A stretch of DNA of 58,737 nt, from positions 1-58,737 of IMG/VR virus record IMGVR_UViG_3300000968_000001. One strand, 5' to 3'. The translations under genes were made by a program, and so were the position numbers. Within the stretch, counting starts at the first letter, position 1; each line of letters starts with the position of its first letter. Below the pieces are notes generated by a model, which had not been told where the DNA came from, searched no databases, and saw nothing but the letters and a program-made list of their open reading frames with translations. The stretch is from a virus. Positions 16,652 to 26,980 of the stretch are shown one piece after another.

Positions 16652-16683
16652 AGAGCGGGGGTAACCCCTCCGCTCTTTCTTTA
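16652..16683 (+). terminator. Rho-independent terminator after the capsid-like gene
   Basis: agagcggggg-taa-cccctccgctct followed by ttctttaac. Confidence 0.6.
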
Positions 16684-16705
16684 ACCTTTTAAAATTATAT
16701 ATACG

Positions 16706-17956
16706 ATGGCTACTTTTGAATACTTCTTAGACGGATGCTTACCAGACTGTGATTCTGGGGTATTTATTTTCCAACTAGCAACACAGAGCAATATTAGTAA
16801 TTATCCTTCTGAGATAGACATGGTGGTGACTGCCACTGATGATATTATCGTAAACGGAAAGGCATTAAAGAGATACACCCTAAGCTTTGATGAAACACTA
16901 ATTTTCCCTTTAGGTCGCCTTAGTGTTTGCGACCTCAAACAAGATGAAGGAGGCTTTCATGGCTCGCCTTCATGCAAGATTTGCGCTACAAACTGCGAAC
17001 TTGAGGGTGATATAGCAGCGATAAACCAACTCCTTTTAGACAGTGGGATTATATCTGATACATTTATCTATATTGAGAACGCTGACGGGAGCATCACTTA
17101 CACAAATAGTGATGGGACTATTACGGGTATTATTCCAGCATCAGCAGGATTATCCGTTGATTCAGACGGTAATCTAGTTGATTCAGGCGGCACTATTATT
17201 GCAGCTTCTGGAGAGGAGGCCAATATAGCTACAACGATTGATACGGAAGGAAATGTGTCACTCTTGATTAACGGAGTTGAAGCTCATACAGTAACTCACT
17301 GCGAATTGACGGCAAAATGCTTATCTGATCAATCTTTCGCTGAAGACTTAGCTGAGACACTAGAGAAGCATATTGAGATTGAAGACCTTGGGACAACTGC
17401 TCCTGAAGGATCAACCTATGTTTCTGATGGGTCAGGCGGTTTAATCGCAGTGCAAAACGCAGTATATAATAGTCTACCTTCCACCAATCGAGGCAGTGTC
17501 ATTGTAAGCAACCATGATGGATGTATTCGATCATATTACTGGGATGGCAGTGCTTATATTGCAGTCCCTAATGATACATCCGAAGAGTTCGAGGGAGTGC
17601 TTATCTACAGTTCGTCTGGGTTACAAACCGAAACGGTAACCATCCCCACACACTCAGCCTACGCTCCAACTAAAGGGGTTCCAGTAGCGGCTATTGTGCA
17701 ACTAAGAGCCTATGTTAATACTAATGACGGGATTAGCAATGCCAACGCTTCAATCTACAGGACGGCTACAGGATTAAACTCAGGGGCGCGTGCCGCTACC
17801 GCGGTTGCTGATAACGGAAGGCAGTTTGATACTAACGAAGTACGTATCCCTCTAACATCAGCAGGGAACGTCATACTAACATCTACTACTGCGAGCCCTA
17901 TTGGTGGCGCAGGTCAAGCTGATACGGTCGCTTATCTAATCGGCTACAAGTACTAA
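16706..17956 (+). CDS. Tail fibre/spike protein, paralogue 1 (shared N-terminal anchor domain)
   Basis: The first ~100 aa are roughly 60% identical by eye to the N-terminus of 18428..21133, and the C-termini are unrelated. Confidence 0.55.
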   Translation: MATFEYFLDGCLPDCDSGVFIFQLATQSNISNYPSEIDMVVTATDDIIVNGKALKRYTLSFDETLIFPLGRLSVCDLKQDEGGFHGSPSCKICATNCELEGDIAAINQLLLDSGIISDTFIYIENADGSITYTNSDGTITGIIPASAGLSVDSDGNLVDSGGTIIAASGEEANIATTIDTEGNVSLLINGVEAHTVTHCELTAKCLSDQSFAEDLAETLEKHIEIEDLGTTAPEGSTYVSDGSGGLIAVQNAVYNSLPSTNRGSVIVSNHDGCIRSYYWDGSAYIAVPNDTSEEFEGVLIYSSSGLQTETVTIPTHSAYAPTKGVPVAAIVQLRAYVNTNDGISNANASIYRTATGLNSGARAATAVADNGRQFDTNEVRIPLTSAGNVILTSTTASPIGGAGQADTVAYLIGYKY

Positions 17957-17975
17957 CCCTTAACTAATTTAAAAT

Positions 17976-18419
17976 ATGTCAGAATTAAAATATAGAGGCG
18001 GAGTTGCTTACACATGGGGTGAGTCAACGCAGACGGAAGCAGAGTTCACTTCATCACTCAACGAGTATGTATCAAATTACATTAAACAATTTGGCACAGA
18101 GCCAGATTACGTGGACGGAAACAATAAGCCAGAAAAAGCGATTATTGACGAAGCGTTAGCCGCTTATAAATCGCTACAAGCTGAACAAGCACCAGTTGAA
18201 TTCACTATCCCTAGTGCAATCCTCAGGCCATCGCGAGAAGAGTTCGTTAATGAAGTCTACACGCTCGTAACTGAGGGACAAACAATTGGAACCGTAGCAG
18301 TATCACCTATTAATGAGGGAGAATTGGTAAAAGTATCAATAATTAAAAAAGCGTATAACGCACTAACGGACGAACGCAAATCCGAGATAGCTGAATTAGC
18401 TAAGAAATTTGCTCAATAA
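17976..18419 (+). CDS. Hypothetical virion-module protein (147 aa)
   Basis: ATG ORF between the two fibre paralogues. Confidence 0.5.
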   Translation: MSELKYRGGVAYTWGESTQTEAEFTSSLNEYVSNYIKQFGTEPDYVDGNNKPEKAIIDEALAAYKSLQAEQAPVEFTIPSAILRPSREEFVNEVYTLVTEGQTIGTVAVSPINEGELVKVSIIKKAYNALTDERKSEIAELAKKFAQ

Positions 18420-18427
18420 CTAAAAAC

Positions 18428-21133
18428 ATGGCCACATTTAAATATTTACTAGACGGGTGTTTACCAGATTGTGATTCTGGTGTATTCACATTTCAACTAC
18501 TTAGTCAATCAGGCATCACAGGATTCCCTACAGAGATTGATATGCAACTCGTATCTACGGGTGAGACATACGTAAACGGGAAGAAGGTAAAGGAATACAC
18601 CTTTGACTTCGACCTTTCGCTTATTGCGCCACTAGAACGACTTAACTTATGTGACCTAGAACAAGATCCAGATGGTCTCCACGGATTTCCTACATGCAAA
18701 GTATGCGCGTCAACGTGCGAACTTGAGGAGCGTGTAGAAATTCTCGAAGCAAAGGTTGACGAGAATACTCGTTATGACTTTAACTTCACTCGCAGTGGGG
18801 ACAATCTAGTATATACAGCAACGCCCAACGATGGAGGTGCACCTTATACTCAGACCATCCAAGATGTGTTTGTAGATACAGATACGCTCGATGTGTCTCA
18901 ATTTAGTGGAACTGTGAGCAATGGTATTGTTACTATTAACCATTCATCAGGCGGCAATAGTTCAAACATTCAATTCCCCCTCGGAGTATCAAGTGTAGCT
19001 ACTAACTCTAACCCAGATGGTTCAACAACTATTACTTATGTAGATGGAGAAGGCAATACACAAACAGCGGGTGTAATCCCAACAGGTAGTGAAAGCTCTG
19101 TTTTAACTACAACAAACGCTAATGGTTCAGTTACTTATACGCATGATGCAGGAAATGGGGACGCGCCAGTAAGTTGGACAGTGTTCCCGCCAACTATTGA
19201 CACCAACTGTTGCACAACAGATTTAAGACTTAATCCGACAGGAGGAGTAGCTGGAACGCCAGTATATGAGGCGGAGATTACGGATTTAATCAGCGGGGCT
19301 GCAAGCGTCATAGCTGCACCTGCGGGAGTTTCTAGTGATGCTAACAACTCACTCACAGTGGGAGCTGATGGATTACCTTATTACAACGATGTCGATATTG
19401 TTACTGAAGTGACTCAAAACGCCAGTGGTGCATGGGAGGTTACTGAGAATGGAGTCTTAGTAGAGACTATTACGGACACGACTATTGCAGACACTAATAC
19501 CAATGCTAGTATTGTTAATAACGCAGACGGCACGGTAACAATTACGAATGATGCAGGTCAAACTTGGACAAGCGGAGTTACTGCATCATCTGGATGTCCT
19601 GATACATTCGCATCTATTACAGATGAAGATGCTCGTAACGTATCAGCTTCGGGTTGCGGTGACGACATCACCCTCCACAGAACGCTTAACGTAGGGGATG
19701 AGCATACAAGCTCAACTGGAAATGGGGATATTAGCGTTGCATCATTGGACTCTAATCATAGCGCGAGCGGTGGGGTTGTAGGAGTAACTACAGATCACAA
19801 CACTCTAATCGCAAACTCATTAAGCTCAACAGCTACAGGAGCAGGATCTACAGTGGTTAGCTCATGGGAATCTACAGCATCTGGCGTAAACTCCTTTGTT
19901 GCATCATCAACTTTCAGCACGTCCGTGACAGGTAATTTCTCTACAGCTATCAACGCTGGCAGCGGGTTAAATGAAGGAGATTATTCATCGATTTACGGAT
20001 GGCGAGCATTCAACTATGGTGACGGATCATTCGTAAACGGAGGCAATAGATATGTAGGCACTGGATCTTCCGCTGAAAATAGGCTTAATGGTTCTTTTGT
20101 TTACGGAAGAGATGCTAAAAATTTGAATACTGGAGATTACACATTCACGCGGAATAATTTTCTATTCGGAGATAATTCTTTTGTAGATAACAATTTAAAT
20201 TCAGTCTGTTTTGGTGCTACAATTGAATCTGGAGGGAGTCATAATTTTGCATTTGGAAATAATTCAACAATAAGCTTAGCTAGCGGAACCACCTCATCAA
20301 CTGGGGCGACACTAACAGGTGCAAACCAAGCGATTGGGTCTCAAATAACTATCGAGATAGACACCCTTAATGACACTGAGCTTGACTCAAGAGCTGGGGA
20401 TGGGGGCTTAGGAAGATCGACAGGTCTTGGCTATGCTCATTTAATTGAGTCATCCCAAGCAACCTCAATAGGTTACAGAGGCCATGTTTTACCAGGTCAT
20501 AGAAACGCAATGGTCTTAAGTGGGAACAATCAGGCTTCATCGCCACCCACTACATCGACAGGTCTAGCCACCTTGACAGCACTATTTCCGGGAGGATATA
20601 CCTTCTGGACAAATAATGCTCAAACGGTAGGGGTGACACTTACTGGTTCTGGATGGGTATCAACATCTACTAGAGATTCTAAAAAGAACTTCGCAGATGT
20701 AGGAAGTGTGATTGAAGCGGTGGAGAACACTCTCCCTAAAGCGGAATCATGGCAGTATGACGCCGAACTCACTAAGGTGGTAGGGGTAGAAGAAGTGGAA
20801 TACGAATACACTGATATTGACGAATCCATTCAAAGGGAAATTGAAGAACTGGAATCAGAGAGTGCAGATACGAGCGAAAAGCGAAAAGAGTTATCTGAAA
20901 GACTCAAAATAACAAAGAAGGTTACAAGAAAGAAAAACATCATTTCTGAGGAGCAGCCAATATTTATTGGGTATATGGCTGAAGACTTCTCGAAACTAGG
21001 ATATGGATCATCTACGCAAGGCATCGAACCCTTGCAACTTGCAACCATAGCACTAGAATACGCAAGGGAGGTTAAATATATTAATGATGAATTAACATCT
21101 AGGATTGAAAAGCTTGAAAATACCATTAAGTAA
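18428..21133 (+). CDS. Tail fibre with a C-terminal intramolecular chaperone (peptidase S74-like) domain
   Basis: Shared N-terminal domain, Gly/Ser/Thr/Asn-rich repetitive body, ...STRDSKKNFADVG... and a C-terminal coiled coil (LQLATIALEYAREVKYINDELTSRIEKLENTIK) typical of auto-cleaving chaperone domains. Confidence 0.65.
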   Translation: MATFKYLLDGCLPDCDSGVFTFQLLSQSGITGFPTEIDMQLVSTGETYVNGKKVKEYTFDFDLSLIAPLERLNLCDLEQDPDGLHGFPTCKVCASTCELEERVEILEAKVDENTRYDFNFTRSGDNLVYTATPNDGGAPYTQTIQDVFVDTDTLDVSQFSGTVSNGIVTINHSSGGNSSNIQFPLGVSSVATNSNPDGSTTITYVDGEGNTQTAGVIPTGSESSVLTTTNANGSVTYTHDAGNGDAPVSWTVFPPTIDTNCCTTDLRLNPTGGVAGTPVYEAEITDLISGAASVIAAPAGVSSDANNSLTVGADGLPYYNDVDIVTEVTQNASGAWEVTENGVLVETITDTTIADTNTNASIVNNADGTVTITNDAGQTWTSGVTASSGCPDTFASITDEDARNVSASGCGDDITLHRTLNVGDEHTSSTGNGDISVASLDSNHSASGGVVGVTTDHNTLIANSLSSTATGAGSTVVSSWESTASGVNSFVASSTFSTSVTGNFSTAINAGSGLNEGDYSSIYGWRAFNYGDGSFVNGGNRYVGTGSSAENRLNGSFVYGRDAKNLNTGDYTFTRNNFLFGDNSFVDNNLNSVCFGATIESGGSHNFAFGNNSTISLASGTTSSTGATLTGANQAIGSQITIEIDTLNDTELDSRAGDGGLGRSTGLGYAHLIESSQATSIGYRGHVLPGHRNAMVLSGNNQASSPPTTSTGLATLTALFPGGYTFWTNNAQTVGVTLTGSGWVSTSTRDSKKNFADVGSVIEAVENTLPKAESWQYDAELTKVVGVEEVEYEYTDIDESIQREIEELESESADTSEKRKELSERLKITKKVTRKKNIISEEQPIFIGYMAEDFSKLGYGSSTQGIEPLQLATIALEYAREVKYINDELTSRIEKLENTIK

Positions 21134-21146
21134 TATTATCATTTTT

Positions 21147-22115
21147 ATGAGTCTTCTATGTCACAGTAAATCAAGCGCAGATAATAAACCGTATCGTTAT
21201 ATTATCTATGGTCAAAGTAACGCTTATGGGCCTAACCCTAACACTACCAACTTCCCACAAGCGGTTGACACAACTATAGACGCAAGAGTAAAAATATGGG
21301 CTAATGCTAAACACGGGGGATTAAATGCCTTCGGAAATCTTGACGGTAAAGGAGAATGGGAGTCGTGGGATATATCAGCATCGCCAAGGCAATACGGAAG
21401 TTATAGCGAAACGAATCAAAGATCAAATAACGCTCTTTACTCACTAGCGAAAAAAGTAGCCTCTGAAACAGGTAATGAAGTGGAGTGCATTGTTTGCGCT
21501 TTTGCAGGCTCTCCTATATCTAACTTGGTTGATATTAACGGATTCGGCTTCAGTTTGCTTAGTGATATACTTAGCAATGTAGAATGGGATTACGTAGATG
21601 GCATTATCTTTATTCAAGGGGAGTCAGATCAAAACACTCCGCTAGCTGATTATGAAAACTTATTCATAACAATGAGGGGAAATATGAGCAATCTTAACCC
21701 TATTAATGATAATACTCCAATGTATGTAGTGCAGTTGCAAGAAGTTGGAGCAGGAGGGGTTTCTGGTGATTTTGCGATGAACGAGTTTTTAGAAACTACA
21801 CCTAACAGGATTGATTATCCTTTCTATTACATAAAAACAGATGGGTTGGAGGCCAGAGATAGGTTACATTTCTCTAATAATGGGCTAAATGAGTTAGGGG
21901 GAGTTAGGTTATGGAATGAAATATCCAACAATAATATCTTCTTAGACAGAAACCTAACTCAAGTAAAAACCGACAACGGAAACGCGGTGGTTTTTTTTGG
22001 AGGGGACTCATTAGAATACTCGGACGACTTAGTGAGTTGGTTTACAATTTCTGGCGCGACTAGCCCATATACTGAACCTTTAGTCCAAAGAAGATTTTAC
22101 AGATCGACAAATTAA
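21147..22115 (+). CDS. SASA/SGNH-type carbohydrate O-acetylesterase-like protein
   Basis: YIIYGQSNAYG (GQSN block), IIFIQGESD (QGES block), DRLHFS (D..H). First ATG downstream of the fibre stop. Confidence 0.6.
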   Translation: MSLLCHSKSSADNKPYRYIIYGQSNAYGPNPNTTNFPQAVDTTIDARVKIWANAKHGGLNAFGNLDGKGEWESWDISASPRQYGSYSETNQRSNNALYSLAKKVASETGNEVECIVCAFAGSPISNLVDINGFGFSLLSDILSNVEWDYVDGIIFIQGESDQNTPLADYENLFITMRGNMSNLNPINDNTPMYVVQLQEVGAGGVSGDFAMNEFLETTPNRIDYPFYYIKTDGLEARDRLHFSNNGLNELGGVRLWNEISNNNIFLDRNLTQVKTDNGNAVVFFGGDSLEYSDDLVSWFTISGATSPYTEPLVQRRFYRSTN

Positions 22116-22116
22116 C

Positions 22117-22620
22117 ATGAGCATACTAACCACAGCTATAAGCACTCTTACAGGGGGAGTATTAGAGAAGACAGCGGATAGATTGCTGGATCTTCTCCCT
22201 CAGAATATGTCTCCGCAAGACAAGCAGGAATACGCGCTTAAGACTAAGCAGCTTCTTCATGAGCAACAAGTGGAGTTTATCAAGTTAGCTCAAGAGCGTG
22301 AGCAGGAATACATTAAAGATATTCAGAATGCTAGAGGTCGTGAATCTGATGTGGTGTCAGCTACAGGAAAGAAAGATGTATGGCTATACTACCTAGCGGG
22401 GGCATTAGTTATTGGATTCTTCTCGGTATTGGTAATGGTTATCTACAAGGATCTTTCTGATAACCAGACGGCGAACATAATGCTAGGTTATCTAGGTGGC
22501 TCATTCACGAGCGTAATAGCTTACTTCTTTGGGAGTTCTCAGGGGAGTAAGGATAAGACCGCCTTACTTAACACTAAGGCGAAACAAATTGAACATAGAG
22601 CAATAGAAGTAGATGAATAA
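22117..22620 (+). CDS. Membrane protein, holin candidate
   Basis: Two hydrophobic helices (VWLYYLAGALVIGFFSVLVMVIY; IMLGYLGGSFTSVIAYFFG); overlaps the amidase start. Confidence 0.4.
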   Translation: MSILTTAISTLTGGVLEKTADRLLDLLPQNMSPQDKQEYALKTKQLLHEQQVEFIKLAQEREQEYIKDIQNARGRESDVVSATGKKDVWLYYLAGALVIGFFSVLVMVIYKDLSDNQTANIMLGYLGGSFTSVIAYFFGSSQGSKDKTALLNTKAKQIEHRAIEVDE

Positions 22621-23293
22621 TAAAGAGAAATGGACAGCCATATGGCACGCTAAGAATTCCACGAAGGAGAAGCTTATTGACTACCTTTATTCGATTACGC
22701 CTTCCTATAAGAAGCAATCGACCAAGGGGGATAAGAAGCTAGCTGTAGTTGTAGGGCATAACAGTAAAGAGACAGGAGCATATGCTAAATCTCCATTATC
22801 TATGTCTGAATACAAATTAATGTCTAAGGTTGCTTCTGAAATGAAGATCATCGCTGATAATGACCCGTCCATTGAGGTTAAGGTATTCAAGCGTAAGCCG
22901 TACTCCTCTTATTCACGTCAAATCAAGGAGTGTTACGATCAAGTCAACGAATGGAATCCAGACGCGATTATGGAACTCCATTTCAACTGGCTGAATGGAA
23001 AAGGTAGAATTGAGATGCTGCACGCCGTTGGCTCTAAGGAAGGTCGCAGGCTAGCTCAGATATGCCTTGATAACACATCGTCCATCATGGGGCAACGAGA
23101 CGGATTGAAGCTACTACCTACATCTAAGTCAACAAGGGGCGGGGCTTCCTTATATGCAGGGAATGCACCTACAGTTCTTCTAGAGCCGTTTGATTGCTCT
23201 AATAAGGAACATGTAGTTAAAGCTTCGGTAGTTACACCTAGAGGATTTGCTAGAACGAATATACAAACAGCAAAACAATTTTTCACATCATGA
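22613..23293 (+). CDS. N-acetylmuramoyl-L-alanine amidase (Amidase_3-like endolysin)
   Basis: AVVVGHNS...SEY...ELHFN...LLEPF gives the H/E/H/E zinc-amidase pattern. Confidence 0.65.
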   Translation: MNNKEKWTAIWHAKNSTKEKLIDYLYSITPSYKKQSTKGDKKLAVVVGHNSKETGAYAKSPLSMSEYKLMSKVASEMKIIADNDPSIEVKVFKRKPYSSYSRQIKECYDQVNEWNPDAIMELHFNWLNGKGRIEMLHAVGSKEGRRLAQICLDNTSSIMGQRDGLKLLPTSKSTRGGASLYAGNAPTVLLEPFDCSNKEHVVKASVVTPRGFARTNIQTAKQFFTS

Positions 23294-23628
23294 CATTACT
23301 AGAATCAAAAGACCAGAGGACATTTATTGCTAGCGCGATCTTCGTATTTCTGGTATTACTACTTATAGCATATTTAACTTTTATTGAAGTTCCAGATTCC
23401 AACAAAGACCTTATCACAGCAATCATCTCAATGATGGTTGGCGGATTGGGGGTTTCACTTAATAAGTTATTCGGATCGGATGGAGAGGAGATCAAACAAC
23501 TTAGGAGTGAATTAAACGAATTAGTGGATGAAAATAAAGTTCTTGATGCAAAATATTGGGAGGTAAAAAAAGAATTAGATACGTTTCGTGAGCGTATTTT
23601 GGAAAAAGTAAATTTAAGAGAAGAATAA
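23290..23628 (+). CDS. Membrane protein with a C-terminal coiled coil (holin/spanin-like)
   Basis: Two TM helices then EEIKQLRSELNELVDENKVLDAKYWEVKKELDTFRERI; ATGA overlap with the amidase. Confidence 0.4.
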   Translation: MTLLESKDQRTFIASAIFVFLVLLLIAYLTFIEVPDSNKDLITAIISMMVGGLGVSLNKLFGSDGEEIKQLRSELNELVDENKVLDAKYWEVKKELDTFRERILEKVNLREE

Positions 23629-23630
23629 TT

Positions 23631-25628
23631 ATGATCAAAATATGTTCAAAGACAGTGGATGAAATCTTAACATGTATATGTGATGGAGAAATATCTACAT
23701 ACGCGCAGCTTGAGGCAATCCTTCAAGCGTCCCCGCAAATCCCAGCGACAAAGAAAGAGGATATACTAGAGCAATTCTTTAAGCATAAGCTTGATGGATG
23801 TGACCTCCCCCTTGAAACAGAGGTGGAAGATTGTGATGGCAATATCACTACTGAAGAAGCTCAAGCGGTTGCCGTCAAAGGCATTGTCCGAACTAAGTCA
23901 TGCGACCCTTCTATTGATATAGAGAAAACAGGATGGGTATGCAGAAATGGAACTAAGCAGAATCTAGTATGCACCTTCACGGATGGAGTTAAAACTAACG
24001 AAGAGTGGATTGACTCTGGCATAGGATGCGATGAAGAGTTCCCTACGGATGTTGAAATATTTTATAAGAAGCGTTGTGACCTAACAACCAATACAATTTG
24101 GGAGCAACCTACATTCTACGCTCCCACTGATTCAGAAGATCCAACTACTACACAAGAAGTAGCAATGGGGATTGAATACGATACAGGTATATCTTGTGAG
24201 TCACTAATTCAAGATGTTAAAGCGGTTGATTGTGATGGTAATGACTTATTAATTAGAGCTGTTCCAGTAGTGACCCAAGGCACGGGAAGTGTTAAGGAGT
24301 GTAACTCGGATGCGCTACTAGATGTAGAGGTCAAGAAAGCTCAAATACTCAATGATATTCTGGAGTCGTTAAATGAAGACGATACGGATGATGATCTTCG
24401 CCGCGACTTTGAACTTACTAACTGTAGAGTAGTTGGTATTGACGGAAATCAGATTGATGGCTGGACGGTCTGGAACGTAGAGGTCAAAGATGAATTCGCT
24501 AATGTAGTTGAGGAAAGGCAAGTAGTTAAACTTAATGGTGTTGAGAATCCATTGCCAAGAGGTGCGACTGTCACCTGTATTGAAGAAAATAACTCTCAGA
24601 CTGAATGCCGTAAATCGCAAGAGGTGACTTTTGCTTTTGACAACACAGGGTTCTCAAAAGACGCAACCTTAGAGATAGGACTAGAATTATCGGATGGGCA
24701 ATACGCAACATTCATACAACCTCCACAAGCTAGTTTCACAGCGCAGACGACTCAATGGGTTACGGAAATCCAGTCCATTTTTGCAAACTTGGGAATAGTA
24801 GGATTCGTTGAGTCAAGGTTCATCAATAATAGTGATCCATCAGACACTTCAGGAAACACAGCTAGCGGGAACCCCAGCGGCCTTAATGGGGTTCCTAGCG
24901 CAAAGATTGGACAACTATTAGATGCGGGAGGGATCATCGCTCGCTATGTGAATGTTCAATCTTGCCCAGATCAACCAGCTATCGTCAGTGTGGAATTACT
25001 CTCAGTAAACGGAGTTCCTAGATCCACACCTAGATTCGCAACAGCAGTTGGTCCTCTATTAGGAGATGTCAATAGATACCAAGTATGCACTAGTTGCGGA
25101 GAAGAGGATGTGTGGTATATTTACGATGACACTTTAGCAGATAGCGATAAGAGATTAGCAACGCCTAGTGAGATACCTAACTGTTGGTGGTCTTGTTCAG
25201 AGCCTATACCTTCGCCGCCTAAACCTAACTGCTCAACAGTTAAAGATGAAGGATGCGATAGTGCCAACGACACAGAGGTGGTGAGGTTAACAACCTTCTG
25301 CTCTGGGACTCCTCCAATAGTAGAATTCTACGAAGAGCTTCCCGATGGATCATTACAGGAACACACCCTTATAGGTCAGTTCGTGGATTGTGAAGATGGA
25401 ACAGTTGTCGCAGATCAAGCTTCTGAAGAAAGAGTAGAGACTGCAACATTTATTGATTGCTATACAGATGGGGCAGGTAATTACAAAAAAGGGATTAGGG
25501 TATTAGATGTAACTAATCCTGTAGCCCCTTTCGTAATTGGCTCTTTCGAGTTAGACCGAATTACACCGCTAGACACTTCTGTTTGGACGGTGGAGGAAGA
25601 TAAATGTAACTGCGGATGCGGATGTTAA
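23631..25628 (+). CDS. Cysteine-rich virion protein (665 aa, ends ...DKCNCGCGC)
   Basis: About 30 Cys by hand count; located in the structural module. Confidence 0.5.
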   Translation: MIKICSKTVDEILTCICDGEISTYAQLEAILQASPQIPATKKEDILEQFFKHKLDGCDLPLETEVEDCDGNITTEEAQAVAVKGIVRTKSCDPSIDIEKTGWVCRNGTKQNLVCTFTDGVKTNEEWIDSGIGCDEEFPTDVEIFYKKRCDLTTNTIWEQPTFYAPTDSEDPTTTQEVAMGIEYDTGISCESLIQDVKAVDCDGNDLLIRAVPVVTQGTGSVKECNSDALLDVEVKKAQILNDILESLNEDDTDDDLRRDFELTNCRVVGIDGNQIDGWTVWNVEVKDEFANVVEERQVVKLNGVENPLPRGATVTCIEENNSQTECRKSQEVTFAFDNTGFSKDATLEIGLELSDGQYATFIQPPQASFTAQTTQWVTEIQSIFANLGIVGFVESRFINNSDPSDTSGNTASGNPSGLNGVPSAKIGQLLDAGGIIARYVNVQSCPDQPAIVSVELLSVNGVPRSTPRFATAVGPLLGDVNRYQVCTSCGEEDVWYIYDDTLADSDKRLATPSEIPNCWWSCSEPIPSPPKPNCSTVKDEGCDSANDTEVVRLTTFCSGTPPIVEFYEELPDGSLQEHTLIGQFVDCEDGTVVADQASEERVETATFIDCYTDGAGNYKKGIRVLDVTNPVAPFVIGSFELDRITPLDTSVWTVEEDKCNCGCGC

Positions 25629-25629
25629 T

Positions 25630-26976
25630 ATGAATGATATAATTGATCTAACAAGTGGCTGCAATAGCAGTAAAGGATGCGTAGTTCCCAGCATGGGGAT
25701 TATGCCCCTCATTGCAGAAAGGGAAGAATACTGCAACTATGAGGTGACAGCCCTCCTAGAAGATGGTAGCGAACCCGACTTTGATGGGGTTGGTGGAACT
25801 TTATGGGCGGGGAGCATGCTTCTCACATTGAGATTTAAGCAACCAACGGACGTCTACATAACCAACCATGACACAAGCTCCGCTGCTGTAATCCATACCA
25901 ACCAAGGAGGTGATGGAGCTATGACCACAGATGGAGGCGACTGGTTGTTTACAGCAGGCTCATTCAATCCGTCAGGATCATTTATTGATGTTTCAGGTAA
26001 AATAGTGACACCTCTTTTATTGGCGGCAGATCCACTCAGTCCAAGTGCTAATGATGACTGGGGGCAACTCGTAACGTTCGGAGCTAAAAACATAACTATT
26101 CAAGCAGGAGCGACTACAGCCTTCAAGATTCACTATGAACCCACTGTGGAACTTAAAAAAGATGTTTGTGAACTAATTACAGACCTCCAAGACCAAGTTG
26201 GTGACATTGCATCAAACCCTGCAACAGACACTAACACACAAAACACAGTATCAGCAGGGGCAAACGTAACAATTTCTACGGGAACTAATGCAGATGGTGA
26301 GACAGATTACGAAGTTAGCGCAGTAGTGCCAAGTAACACAAGTGATCTAGTAAACGATAGTGGATTCATTACATTATCGGATATACCGCCTGATATGGAC
26401 ACTGATGTCACGGCAGTATCTCTGTCATTATCTGGAGATCAACTAACGGCTAGCGTTTTTGAAAACGGCAACACTATCCCTAGTGTCCCGATCACAATTC
26501 CCACAACCACAGTAGATAAATCATATGTGGCTGAGTATGTCATGTCAGGTGATGGGAACGCCAGTGCGGTTGAAGAGCTGACACTAGCGTTAATCAGGCA
26601 AGACACCCCCTTTGTTGAAGCTGGGGATAGAGTTACAGTAAATCTCGATGGGGATTATTTAGAGATTTCCGCGATGGCAACATATGATGTCAATACCAGC
26701 GGGGTTCTACAGAGGATTGCTCCAGAGTTAGAGCTAGTTAGGACAAGAGGCGGGGCAGATACAATTCTTTCCGAATCCGCAACAGGTTATCAGCGTCACG
26801 CAACGGGGCATGACAACTCATCAAACACTATCTATAGATTGGTGACAGACCATGTAGCAGGGGATATATACAGATTGAGACCGAGACAAGGAGGAACACA
26901 GAACGACACGCTTCCTATTTCTATAGGTCACGCCTCTTTTAAACTGGTAGAGAAGATAACCGTATTTACTCCTTAA
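25630..26976 (+). CDS. Tail fibre-like protein
   Basis: Contains SDLVNDSGFITLSDIP, a motif common in phage fibre proteins; N-terminus has GCNSSKGC. Confidence 0.5.
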   Translation: MNDIIDLTSGCNSSKGCVVPSMGIMPLIAEREEYCNYEVTALLEDGSEPDFDGVGGTLWAGSMLLTLRFKQPTDVYITNHDTSSAAVIHTNQGGDGAMTTDGGDWLFTAGSFNPSGSFIDVSGKIVTPLLLAADPLSPSANDDWGQLVTFGAKNITIQAGATTAFKIHYEPTVELKKDVCELITDLQDQVGDIASNPATDTNTQNTVSAGANVTISTGTNADGETDYEVSAVVPSNTSDLVNDSGFITLSDIPPDMDTDVTAVSLSLSGDQLTASVFENGNTIPSVPITIPTTTVDKSYVAEYVMSGDGNASAVEELTLALIRQDTPFVEAGDRVTVNLDGDYLEISAMATYDVNTSGVLQRIAPELELVRTRGGADTILSESATGYQRHATGHDNSSNTIYRLVTDHVAGDIYRLRPRQGGTQNDTLPISIGHASFKLVEKITVFTP

Positions 26977-26980
26977 TATT

